NCBI GenBank assembly: GCA_030390025.1
Contig: JASTWF010000035.1
Span: 4,402,001-4,466,000, forward strand
From: Squalus acanthias
Taxonomy: Eukaryota
Direction of reading: 5' to 3'
DNA length: 64,000 nt
In this document: piece by piece, positions 1-12,300 of the stretch
Position numbering within the stretch: the stretch's first letter is position 1
Layout: each line of letters opens with the position of its first letter
Translations under genes and position numbers: made by a program
The notes under the pieces: generated by a model
The model's input: the letters and a program-made list of their open reading frames with translations, nothing else
Databases searched by the model: none
What the model was told of the DNA's origin: nothing

Positions 1-169
1 AGATGGAACGAGCGAGCCTCTGTGCCTGGCACCTCCCTCAGTCACAAACTGTCTGGCTGGTGCAGCCACTGCACATCACAGCACCACAACGTCACCTCAT
101 GGCCAACGTTTTTAACTCTCTGTGTGCAAGTTAGCCAGGACACTGTGCTAGCACATCATCAGGCAATGC

Positions 170-2725
170 TCACACTGTGACCCCCGGCCCCGCTCACACT
201 GTGACCCCGGCCCCGCTCACACTGTGACCCCCGGCCCCGCTCACACTCGCACTGTGACCCCCGACTCTGCTCACACTGTGACCCCCGGCCCCGCTCACAC
301 TGTGACCCCCGGCCCCGCTCACACTCGCACTGTGACCCCCGACTCTGCTCACACTGTGACCCCCGGCCCCGCTCACACTCGCACTGTGACCCCCGACTCT
401 GCTCACACTGTGACCCCCGGCCCCGCTCACACTGTGACCCCCGGCCCCGCTCACACTCGCACTGTGACCCCCGACTCTGCTCACACTGTGACCCCCGGCC
501 CCGCTCACACTCGCACTGTGACCCCCGACTCTGCTCACACTGTGACCCCCGGCCCCGCTCACACTGTGACCCCCGGCCCCGCTCACACTCGCACTGTGAC
601 CCCCGACTCTGCTCACACTGTGACCCCCGGCCCCGCTCACACTCGCACTGTGACCCCCCGGCCCCGCTCACACTCACACTGTGACCCCTGGCCCCGCTCA
701 CACTCGCACTGTGACCCCCGACTCTGCTCACACTGTGACCCCCGGCCCTGCTCACACTCACACTGTGACCCCCTGGCCCTGCTCACACTCACACTGTGAC
801 CCCCGACTCTGCTCACACTGTGACCCCCGGCCCTGCTCACACTCACACTGTGACCCCCGGCCCCGCTCACACTCGCACTGTGACCCCCTGGCCCTGCTCA
901 CACTCACACTGTGACCCCCTGGCCCTGCTCACACTCGCACTGTGACTCCCTGGCCCTGCTCACACTCGCACTGTGACCCCCGGCCCCGCTCACACTCGCA
1001 CTGTGACCCCCTGGCCCTGCTCACACTGTGACCCCCTGGCCCCGCTCACACTCGCACTGTGACCCCCGGCCCCGCTCACACTCGCACTGTGATCCCCTGG
1101 CCCTGCTCACACTCACACTGTGATCCCCTGGCCCTGCTCACACTCGCACTGTGACCCCCTGGCCCTGCTCACACTCGCACTGTGACCCCCGGCCCCGCTC
1201 ACACTCGCACTGTGACTCCCTGGCCCTGCTCACACTCGCACTGTGACCCTGGCCCCGTTCACAGTCGCACTGTGACCCCGGCCCCGCTCACACTCGCACT
1301 ATGACCCTGGCCCCGTTCACACTCGCACTGTCACCCCGGCCCCGCTCACACTCGTACTGTGACCCCCTGGCCCCGCTCACACTCGCACTGTGACCCCCGG
1401 CTCTGCTCACACTGTGACCCCTGGCGTCGCTCACACTCACACTGTGACCCCCTGGCCCTGCTCACACTCGCACTGTGACCCCCTGGCCCCGCTCACACTC
1501 ACACTGTGACCCCTGGCCCCGCTCACACTCACACTGTGACCCCCTGGCCCTGCTCACACTCGCACTGTGACCCCCTGGCCCCGCTCACACTCGCACTGTG
1601 ACCCCGGCCCCACTCACACTGTGACCCCCTGGCTCTGCTCACACTCGCACTGTGACCCCGGCCCCGCTCACACTCGCACTGTGACCCCCTGGCCCCGCTC
1701 ACACTCGCACTGTGACCCCAGCCCCGCTCACACTCACACTGTGACCCCGGCCCCGCTCACACTCGCACTGTGACCCCCTGGCCCCGCTCACACTCACACT
1801 GTGACCCCGGCCCCGCTCACACTCGCACTGTGACCCCCTGGCCCCGCTCACACTCACACTGTGACCCCGGCCCCGCTCACACTCGCACTGTGACCCCAGC
1901 CCCGCTCACACTCGCACTGTGACCCCGGTCCCGCTCACATTCGCAGTGACCCCGGCCCCGCTCACACTCGCACTGTGACCCCGGTCCCGCTCACACTCGC
2001 ACTGTGACCCCGGCCCCGCTCACACTCGCACTGTGACCCCCAGCCCCGCTCACACTCGCACTGTGACCCCGGTCCCGCTCACACTCGCACTGTGACCCCG
2101 GCCCCGCTCACACTCGCACTGTGACCCCGGTCCCGCTCACACTCGCACTGTGACCCCGGCCCCGCTCACACTCGCACTGTGACCCCAGCCCCGCTCACAC
2201 TCGCACTGTGACCCCGGTCCCGCTCACACTCGCACTGTGACCCCGGTCCCGCTCACATTCGCAGTGACCCCGGCCCCGCTCACACTCGCACTGTGACCCC
2301 AGCCCCGCTCACACTCGCACTGTGACCCCGGCCCCGCTCACATTCGCAGTGACCCCGGCCCCGCTCACACTCGCACTGTGACCCCAGCCCCGCTCACACT
2401 CGCACTGTGACCCCGGTCCCGCTCACATTCGCAGTGACCCCGGCCCCGCTCACACTCGCACTGTGACCCCGGCCCCGCTCACACTCGCACTGTGACCCCG
2501 GTCCCGCTCACACTCGCACTGTGACCCCGGTCCCGCTCACATTCGCAGTGACCCCGGCCCCGCTCACACTCGCACTGTGACCCCGGCCCCGCTCACACTC
2601 GCACTGTGACCCCGGTCCCGCTCACATTCGCAGTGACCCCGGCCCCGCTCACACTCGCACTGTGACCCCGGTCCCGCTCACACTCGCACTGTGACCCCGG
2701 TCCCGCTCACACTCGCAGTGACCCC
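170..2725. repeat. GC-rich minisatellite, ~29-bp unit (CACTGTGACCCCGGCCCCGCTCACACTCG), 24-31 bp variants
   Basis: Direct tandem repetition; overlapping ORFs are simple periodic translations. Confidence 0.97.
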
Positions 2726-3257
2726 TGGGACAGGGAACTCCGAGGCTGGAGCCTCACCTGGGGAATCAGGTCTGTTCGATTGGCTGCTTCCTGACAGCAC
2801 ATCGCTGAGCTTCAGGATTCTTCAGGGAACAAGTGAAGCAGGATGGCTGGAGAAGAGTGGGTCTGAGTGCAGACTGCCCGTGCTCCCGCACCCTGTCCTC
2901 GCCTCTCCCCAGGGTTCACTCACTGTCCCATTGTGGTTTGTACACAGGCTGGAGCGTACATTTACTGACCAACACTGCCATCAGTCTGTGCCCCTCGACC
3001 CCCCCTTGGCCCTGAGTGCCCCTCAGCGCCCTGCTGTACCCCCAACTTCCCTGCTGTAGCCTCACTGCCCCTGGTGCCCTGAGGCAGTCTGCTGTCCCGG
3101 CTGGCTCTGAGAGTTTGAGGTTGTGCGTTGCTGCCTCTGTCTGTTGTAGTTTACATTATTATTGTGTGGTTATTTGCCTTGTCCAACACATCACTGTGAT
3201 CTAATTTATTCCCATCTTACTGGTGCCAATAATTTTCTGGGGTAGTTCCTACTGAAC

Positions 3258-5582
3258 CTCCCAGCTCAGTCCCAGCTCCGTCCCAGCTCAGTCCCTGCTC
3301 CCAGCTCAGTCCCAGCTCCGTCCCAGCTCAGAGCTCAGTCCCAGCTCCCAGCTCCCAGCTCAGAGCACAGTCCCAGCTCCCAGCTCAGTCCCAGCTCAGA
3401 GCTCAGTCTCTGTTCCCAGCTCAGAGCTCAGTCCCAGCTCAGAGCTCAGTCCCAGCTCAGTCCCAGCTCAGACTCAGTCTCTGTTCCCAGCTCAGAGCTC
3501 AGTCCCAGCTCAGAGCTCAGTCCCAGCTCAGTCCCAGCTCAGAGCTCAGTCTCTGCTCCCAGCTCAGAGCTCAGTCCCAGCTCAGAGCTCAGTCCCAGCT
3601 CAGTCCCAGCTCAGAGCTCAGTCCCTGCTCCCAGCTCAGAGCTCAGTCCCAGCTCAGAGCTCAGTCCCAGCTCAGTCCCAGCTCAGAGCTCAGTCCCTGC
3701 TCCCAGCTCCCAGTTCAGTCCCAGCTCAGTCCCTGCTCCCAGCTCAGAGCTCAGTCCCAGCTCAGAGCTCAGTCCCAGCTCCCAGCTCAGTCCCTGCTCC
3801 CAGCTCAGAGCTCAGTCCCAGCTCAGAGCTCAGTCCCAGCTCCCAGCTCAGTCCCTGCTCCCAGCTCAGAGCTCAGTCCCAGCTCAGTCCCTGCTCCCAG
3901 CTCAGAGCTCAGTCCCAGCTCAGAGCTCAGTCCCAGCTCCCAGCTCAGTCCCTGCTCCCAGCTCAGAGCTCAGTCCCAGCTCAGAGCTCAGTCCCAGCTC
4001 CCAGCTCAGAGCTCAGTCTCAGCTCCCAGCTCAGAGCTCAGTCTCAGCTCAGAGCTCAGTCCCTGCTCCCAGCTCAGAGCTCAGTGTCAGCTCAGAGCTC
4101 AGTCCCAGCTCAGAGCTCAGTCCCAGCTCCCAGCTCAGTCCCAGCTCCCAGCTCAGTCCCAGCTCCCAGCTCGGTCCCAACTCAGTCCCAGCTCCCAGCT
4201 CAGAGCTCAGTCCCAGCTCCCAGCTCAGAGCTCAGTCCCTGCTCCCAGCTCAGTCCCTGCTCCCAGCTCAGTCCCAGCTCCCAGCTCAGAGCTCAGTCCC
4301 TGCTCCCAGCTCAGTCCCTGCTCCCAGCTCAGTCCCAGCTCCCAGCTCAGAGCTCAGTCCCTGCTCCCAGCTCAGTCCCAGCTCCCAGCTCAGAGCTCAG
4401 TCCCAGCTCCCAGCTCAGTCCCAGCTCCCAGCTCAGAGCTCAGTCCCTGCTCCCAGCTCAGTCCCTGCTCCCAGCTCAGAGCTCAGTCCCAGCTCAGTCC
4501 CTGCTCCCAGCTCAGTCCCTGCTCCCAGCTCAGAGCTCAGTCCCAGCTCAGTCCCTGCTCCCAGCTCAGTCCCAGCTCCCAGCTCAGAGCTCAGTCCCAG
4601 CTCCCAGCTCAGTCCCAGCTCCCAGCTCAGAGCTCAGTCCCTGCTCCCAGCTCAGTCCCTGCTCCCAGCTCAGAGCTCAGTCCCAGCTCAGTCCCTGCTC
4701 CCAGCTCAGAGCTCAGTCCCAGCTCAGTCCCTGCTCCCAGCTCAGTCCCAGCTCCCAGCTCAGAGCTCAGTCCCAGCTCCCAGCTCAGTCCCAGCTCCCA
4801 GCTCAGAGCTCAGTCCCAGCTCAGTCCCTGCTCCCAGCTCAGTCCCAGCTCCCAGCTCAGAGCTCAGTCCCTGCTCCCAGCTCAGTCCCAGCTCCCAGCT
4901 CAGAGCTCAGTCCCAGCTCAGTCCCAGCTCCCAGCTCAGTCCCAGCTCCCAGCTCAGAGCTCAGTCCCAGCTCAGTCCCAGCTCCCAGCTCAGTCCCTGC
5001 TCCCAGCTCAGTCCCAGCTCCCAGCTCAGAGCTCAGTCCCAGCTCAGTCCCAGCTCCCAGCTCAGTCCCTGCTCCCAGCTCAGTCCCAGCTCAGTCCCAG
5101 CTCGGAGCTCAGTCCCAGCTCAGTCCCAGCTCCCAGCTCAGTCCCTGCTCCCAGCTCAGTCCCAGCTCAGTCCCAGCTCGGAGCTCAGTCCCAGCTCAGT
5201 CCCAGCTCCCAGCTCAGTCCCTGCTCCCAGCTCAGTCCCAGCTCAGTCCCAGCTCGGAGCTCAGTCCCAGCTCAGTCCCAGCTCCCAGCTCAGTCCCAGC
5301 TCAGTCCCAGCTCGGAGCTCAGTCCCAGCTCAGTCCCAGCTCGGAGCTCAGTCCCAGCTCAGTCCCAGCTCGGAGCTCAGTCCCAGCTCAGTCCCAGCTC
5401 GGAGCTCAGTCCCAGCTCAGTCCCAGCTCCCAGCTCAGTCCCAGCTCAGTCCCAGCTCGGAGCTCAGTCCCAGCTCGGAGCTCAGTCCCAGCTCAGTCCC
5501 AGCTCGGAGCTCAGTCCCAGCTCAGTCCCAGCTCCCAGCTCAGTCCCAGCTCAGTCCCAGCTCGGAGCTCAGTCCCAGCTCG
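3258..5582. repeat. Compound satellite of short modules (CCCAGCT, CAGAGCT, CAGT, CCCTGCT), very dense in AGCT
   Basis: Visible reshuffled 4-11 bp modules; the 517-aa S/P/Q-rich ORF is its translation. Confidence 0.96.
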
Positions 5583-6039
5583 CTGCTCCCACTGTGACCC
5601 CGGCATTGCTCCCGCCAGGTTACAGTGTAACAGCTGAACCCATTGCCGGGACTCAGAGTGTTCAACACCTGACAAATCACCTCTTCAGACAATGTGAGAC
5701 TTTTCTAATAAAATAATGTTTAGCTTGTTGCGGCTCCTCAATGTGTCTGGCTGTGAACCGGGGGGCGGGGCCAGGGGGGACCGGGGGGCGGGGCCGGGGG
5801 CGGGGCCAGGGGGGCCGGGGGGCGGGGCCGGGGGCGTGGCCAGGGGAAGCCGGGGGCGGGTTCAGGGGGGGGGGGGCCAAGCGGGGGGATCGGGGGTGGG
5901 GCCGGGGGCGGGGCCAGGGGGGGGGATCGGGGGTGGGGCCGGGGGCGGGGCCAGGGGGGGGGGGGTCGGGGGCGGGGCCAGGGGAGCCCGGGGCGGGGCT
6001 CCAGCTGTCACTCCACGATGACGGAAATGAGTTTCTCGG

Positions 6040-6143
6040 GAATAACAACAGAAAACGCTGGAAAAACTCAGCAGGCCAGGCAGCATCCGTGGAGAGAGAA
6101 ACAGTTAACGTTTCAGGTCGATGACCTTTCGTCAGAGTTTCTC
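6040..6143 (-). mobile_element. Penelope-like repeat remnant with a minimal hammerhead-ribozyme motif
   Basis: Minus strand reads CTGACGA-A-AGGTC(ATC)GACCT-GAAA-CGTT-AACTG followed by GATGCTGCCTGGCCTGCTGAGTTTTTCCAGC, which I recall as a common fish/shark PLE-associated repeat (not verified by search). Confidence 0.6.
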
Positions 6144-6199
6144 GGGGGCGGGTCTCCCGGGGGGCGGGGTCTCTGAGATGAGGTAAATCTTTTCCACGT

Positions 6200-6279
6200 G
6201 ACCCGACAGCTGTTGATTGCTGGGATCCTGCTGTGCCGCGAGGTGATTGGAGCAGAGGCCGTGACGCGTCGAGTCAGGG
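6200..6279 (+). other. Candidate non-coding first exon of the PCED1A-like gene (5' boundary unknown)
   Basis: Consensus donor GGG|GTGAGT at 6279/6280 at the 3' edge of the promoter-like island; the first coding exon has acceptor AGs upstream of its ATG (29047-48, 29070-71). Confidence 0.4.
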
Positions 6280-6314
6280 GTGAGTGTTCGAGCGGGAATA
6301 AAATAACAGAGACT

Positions 6315-9300
6315 AAAATCCCCCAATAACAGTGAGTGACTGTAAAATACCCCAATAACAGTGAGTGACTGTGTGTAAAATACCCCAATAACAGTGAGTG
6401 ACTGTGTGTAAAATATCCCAATAACAGTGAGTGACTGTGTGTAAAATACCCCAATAACAGTGAGTGATTGTGTGTAAAATACCCCAATAACAGTGAGTGA
6501 CTGTGTGTAAAATACCCCAATAACAGTGAGTGACTGTGTGTAAAATATCCCAATAACAGTGAGTGACTGTGTGTAAAATACCCCAATAACAGTGAGTGAC
6601 TGTGTAAAATATCCCAATAACAGTGAGTGACTGTGTGTAAAATACCCCAATAACAGTGAGTGACTGTGTGTAAAATACCCCAATAACAGTGAGTGACTGT
6701 GTGTAAAATACCCCAATAACAGTGAGTGACTGTGTGTAAAATATCCCAATAACAGTGAGTGACTGTGTGTAAAATATCCCAATAACAGTGAGTGACTGTG
6801 TGTAAAATACCCCAATAACAGTGAGTGACTGTGTGTAAAATACTCCAATAACAGTGAGTGACTGTGTGTAAAATACCCCAATAACAGTGAGTGACTGTGT
6901 GTAAAATACCCCAATAACAGTGAGTGACTGTGTGTAAAATATCCCAATAACAGTGAGTGACTGTGTGTAAAATATCCCAATAACAGTGAGTGACTGTGTG
7001 TGTAAAATATCCCAATAACAGTGAGTGACTGTGTGTAAAATACCCCAATAACAGTGAGTGACTGTGTGTAAAATATCCCAATAACAGTGAGTGATTGTGT
7101 GTAAAATATCCCAATAACAGTGAGTGACTGTGTGTGTAAAATATCCCAATAACAGTGAGTGACTGTGTGTAAAATATCCCAATAACAGTGAGTGACTGTG
7201 TGTGTAAAATATCCCAATAACAGTGAGTGACTGTGTGTAAAATATCCCAATAACAGTGAGTGACTGTGTAAAATACCCCAATAACAGTGAGTGACTGTGT
7301 GTAAAATACCCCAATAACAGTGAGTGACTGTGTGTAAAATACCCCAATAACAGTGAGTGACTGTGTGTAAAATACCCCAATAACAGTGAGTGACTGTGTG
7401 TAAAATACTCCAATAACAGTGAGTGACTGTGTGTAAAATACCCCAATAACAGTGAGTGACTGTGTGTAAAATACCCCAATAACAGTGAGTGACTGTGTGT
7501 AAAATATCCCAATAACAGTGAGTGACTGTGTGTAAAATATCCCAATAACAGTGAGTGACTGTGTGTGTAAAATATCCCAATAACAGTGAGTGACTGTGTG
7601 TAAAATACCCCAATAACAGTGAGTGACTGTGTGTAAAATATCCCAATAACAGTGAGTGATTGTGTGTAAAATATCCCAATAACAGTGAGTGACTGTGTGT
7701 GTAAAATATCCCAATAACAGTGAGTGACTGTGTGTAAAATATCCCCAATAACAGTGAGTGACTGTGTGTAAAATATCCCAATAACAGTGAGTGACTGTGT
7801 GTGTAAAATATCCCAATAACAGTGAGTGACTGTGTGTAAAATATCCCAATAACAGTGAGTGACTGTGTGTAAAATATCCCAATAACAGTGAGTGACTGTG
7901 TGTGTAAAATATCCCAATAACAGTGAGTGACTGTGTGTAAAATATCCCAATAACAGTGAGTGACTGTGTGTAAAATATCCCAATAACAGTGAGTGACTGT
8001 GTGTGTAAAATATCCCAATAACAGTGAGTGACTGTGTGTAAAATATCCCAATAACAGTGAGTGACTGTGTGTGTAAAATACCCCAATAACAGTGAGTGAC
8101 TGTGTAAAATACCCCAATAACAGTGAGTGACTGTGTGTGTAAAATACTCCAATAACAGTGAGTGACTGTGTGTGTAAAATACCCCAATAACAGTGAGTGA
8201 CTGTGTGTGTAAAATACTCCAATAACAGTGAGTGACTGTGTGTAAAATATCCCAATAACAGTGAGTGACTGTGTGTGTAAAATACTCCAATAACAGTGAG
8301 TGACTGTGTGTAAAATACCCCAATAACAGTGAGTGACTGTGTGTAAAATACCCCAATAACAGTGAGTGACTGTGTGTAAAATACCCCAATAACAGTGAGT
8401 GACTGTGTGTGTAAAATACCCCAATAACAGTGAGTGACTGTGTGTAAAATACCCCAATAACAGTGAGTGACTGTGTGTAAAATACTCCAATAACAGTGAG
8501 TGACTGTGTGTAAAATACCCCAATAACAGTGAGTGACTGTGTGTAAAATACCCCAATAACAGTGAGTGACTGTAAAATATCCCAATAACAGTGAGTGACT
8601 GTGTGTGTAAAATACTCCAATAACAGTGAGTGACTGTGTGTAAAATACTCCAATAACAGTGAGTGACTGTGTAAAATACTCCAATAACAGTGAGTGACTG
8701 TGTGTAAAATACCCCAATAACAGTGAGTGACTGTGTGTGTAAAATACTCCAATAACAGTGAGTGACTGTGTAAAATACCCCAATAACAGTGAGTGACTGT
8801 GTGTGTAAAATACCCCAATAACAGTGAGTGACTGTGTGTAAAATACCCCAATAACAGTGAGTGACTGTGTGTAAAATACCCCAATAACAGTGAGTGACTG
8901 TGTGTAAAATACCCCAATAACAGTGAGTGACTGTGTGTAAAATACCCCAATAACAGTGTGTGACTGTGTGTAAAATACCCCAATAACAGTGAGTGACTGT
9001 ATGTAAAATACTCCAATAACAGTGAGTGACTGTGTGTGTAAAATACCCCAATAACAGTGAGTGACTGTGTGTGTAAAATACCCCAATAACAGTGAGTGAC
9101 TGTGTGTAAAATACCCCAATAACAGTGAGTGACTGTGTGTGTAAAATACCCCAATAACAGTGAGTGACTGTGTGTAAAATACCCCAATAACAGTGAGTGA
9201 CTGTGTGTAAAATACTCCAATAACAGTGAGTGACTGTGTGTGTAAAATACCCCAATAACAGTGAGTGACTGTGTGTGTAAAATACCCCAATAACAGTGAG

Positions 9301-12300
9301 TGACTGTGTGTAAAATACCCCAATAACAGTGAGTGACTGTGTGTAAAATACCCCAATAACAGTGAGTGACTGTGTGTAAAATACCCCAATAACAGTGAGT
9401 GACTGTGTGTAAAATACCCCAATAACAGTGAGTGACTGTGTGTAAAATACCCCAATAACAGTGAGTGACTGTGTGTAAAATACCCCAATAACAGTGAGTG
9501 ACTGTGTGTGTAAAATACCCCAATAACAGTGAGTGACTGTGTGTAAAATACCCCAATAACAGTGAGTGACTGTGTGTAAAATACCCAATACAGTGAGTGA
9601 CTGTGTGTAAAATACCCCAATAACAGTGAGTGACTGTGTGTAAAATACCCCAATAACAGTGAGTGACTGTGTGTGTAAAATACCCCAATAACAGTGAGTG
9701 ACTGTGTGTAAAATACCCCAATAACAGTGAGTGACTGTGTGTAAAATACCCCAATAACAGTGAGTGACTGTGTGTGTAAAATACCCCAATAACAGTGAGT
9801 GACTGTGTGTAAAATACCCCAATAACAGTGAGTGACTGTGTGTAAAATACCCCAATAACAGTGAGTGACTGTGTGTAAAATACCCCAATAACAGTGAGTG
9901 ACTGTGTGTGTAAAATACCCCAATAACAGTGAGTGACTGTGTGTAAAATACCCCAATAACAGTGAGTGACTGTGTGTAAAATACCCCAATAACAGTGAGT
10001 GACTGTGTGTGTAAAATACCCCAATAACAGTGAGTGACTGTGTGTAAAATACCCCAATAACAGTGAGTGACTGTGTGTAAAATACCCCAATAACAGTGAG
10101 TGACTGTGTGTAAAATACCCAATAACAGTGAGTGACTGTGTGTAAAATACCCCAATAACAGTGAGTGACTGTGTGTAAAATACCCCAATAACAGTGAGTG
10201 ACTGTGTGTGTAAAATACCCCAATAACAGTGAGTGACTGTGTGTAAAATACCCCAATAACAGTGAGTGATTGTGTAAAATACCCCAATAACAGTGAGTGA
10301 CTGTGTGTGTAAAATACCCCAATAACAGTGAGTGACTGTGTGTAAAATGCCCCAATAACAGTGAGTGACTGTGTGTAAAATACCCCAATAACAGTGAGTG
10401 ACTGTGTGTAAAATACCCCAATAACAGTGAGTGACTGTGTGTGTAAAATACCCCAATAACAGTGAGTGACTGTGTGTAAAATACCCCAATAACAGTGAGT
10501 GATTGTGTAAAATACCCCAATAACAGTGAGTGACTGTGTGTGTAAAATACCCCAATAACAGTGAGTGACTGTGTGTAAAATACCCCAATAACAGTGAGTG
10601 ACTGTGTGTAAAATACCCCAATAACAGTGAGTGACTGTGTGTAAAATACCCCAATAACAGTGAGTGACTGTGTGTAAAATACCCCAATAACAGTGAGTGA
10701 CTGTGTGTAAAATACCCCAATAACAGTGAGTGACTGTGTGTAAAATACCCCAATAACAGTGAGTGACTGTGTGTAAAATACCCCAATAACAGTGAGTGAC
10801 TGTGTGTAAAATACCCAATAACAGTGAGTGACTGTGTGTGTAAAATACCCCAATAACAGTGAGTGACTGTGTGTAAAATACCCCAATAACAGTGAGTGAC
10901 TGTGTGTAAAATACCCCAATAACAGTGAGTGACTGTGTGTAAAATACCCCAATAACAGTGAGTGACTGTGTGTAAAATACCCCAATAACAGTGAGTGACT
11001 GTGTGTAAAATACCCCAATAACAGTGAGTGACTGTGTGTAAAATACCCCAATAACAGTGAGTGACTGTGTGTAAAATACCCCAATAACAGTGAGTGACTG
11101 TGTGTAAAATACCCCAATAACAGTGAGTGACTGTGTGTAAAATACCCCAATAACAGTGAGTGACTGTGTGTGTAAAATACCCCAATAACAGTGAGTGACT
11201 GTGTGGTAAAATACCCCAATAACAGTGAGTGACTGTGTGTAAAATACCCCAATAACAGTGAGTGACTGTGTGTAAAATACCCCAATAACAGTGAGTGACT
11301 GTGTGTAAAATACCCCAATAACAGTGAGTGACTGTGTGTAAAATACCCCAATAACAGTGAGTGACTGTGTGTGTAAAATACCCCAATAACAGTGAGTGAC
11401 TGTGTGTAAAATACCCCAATAACAGTGAGTGACTGTGTGTAAAATACCCCAATAACAGTGAGTGACTGTGTGTAAAATACCCCAATAACAGTGAGTGACT
11501 GTGTGTAAAATACCCCAATAACAGTGAGTGACTGTGTGTAAAATACCCCAATAACAGTGAGTGACTGTGTGTAAAATACCCCAATAACAGTGAGTGACTG
11601 TGTGTAAAATACCCCAATAACAGTGAGTGACTGTGTGTAAAATACCCCAATAACAGTGAGTGACTGGTGTGTAAAATACCCCAATACAGTGAGTGACTGT
11701 GTAAAATACCCCAATAACAGTGAGTGATTGTGTGTGTAAAATACCCCAATAACAGTGAGTGACTCCGTGTAAAATACCCCAATAACAGTGAGTGACTGTG
11801 TGTGTAAAATACCCCAATAACATGAGTGACTGTGTGTAAAATACCCCAATAACAGTGAGTGACTGTGTGTAAAATACCCCAATAACAGTGAGTGACTGTG
11901 TGTAAAATACCCCAATAACAGTGAGTGACTGTGTGTAAAATACCCCAATAACAGTGAGTGATTGTGTGTAAAATACCCCAATAACAGTGAGTGACCCTGT
12001 GTGTAAAATACCCCAATAACAGTGAGTGACTGTGTGTAAAAATACCCCAATAACAGTGAGTGACTGTGTGTAAAATACCCCAATAACAGTGAGTGACTCG
12101 TGTGTAAAATACCCCAATAACAGTGAGTGACTGTGTGTAAAATACCCCAATAACAGTGAGTGACTGTGTGTAAAATACCCCAATAACAGTGAGTGACTGT
12201 GTGTAAAATACCCCAATAACAGTGAGTGACTGTGTGTAAAATACCCCAATAACAGTGAGTGACTGTGTAAAATACCCCAATAACAGTGAGTGATTCTGTG

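Larger units (their letters stand above)
5757..6300. promoter_or_regulatory. Probable CpG-island promoter of the PCED1A-like gene, possibly bidirectional
   Basis: Tandem GGGGCGGGGC GC boxes 5760-6000, E-box CACGTG 6195-6200, reverse CCAAT (ATTGG) 6246-6250, CRE half-site TGACG 6262-6266, many CpGs, followed by a consensus donor G|GTGAGT at 6280. Confidence 0.6.

Noticed and set aside
170..2725. CACAGTG heptamer in each 29-bp unit (minus strand) as an RSS
   Set aside because: No nonamer-like A-tract at 12 or 23 nt spacing.
4084..5637. 517-aa Ser/Pro/Gln-rich ORF
   Set aside because: Satellite translation with a non-ATG start and frame-wandering modules.
1..6300. VPS16 as the divergent gene (its head-to-head partner in human, from memory)
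   Set aside because: I could not find a VPS16-like N-terminal coding sequence in the unique segments.
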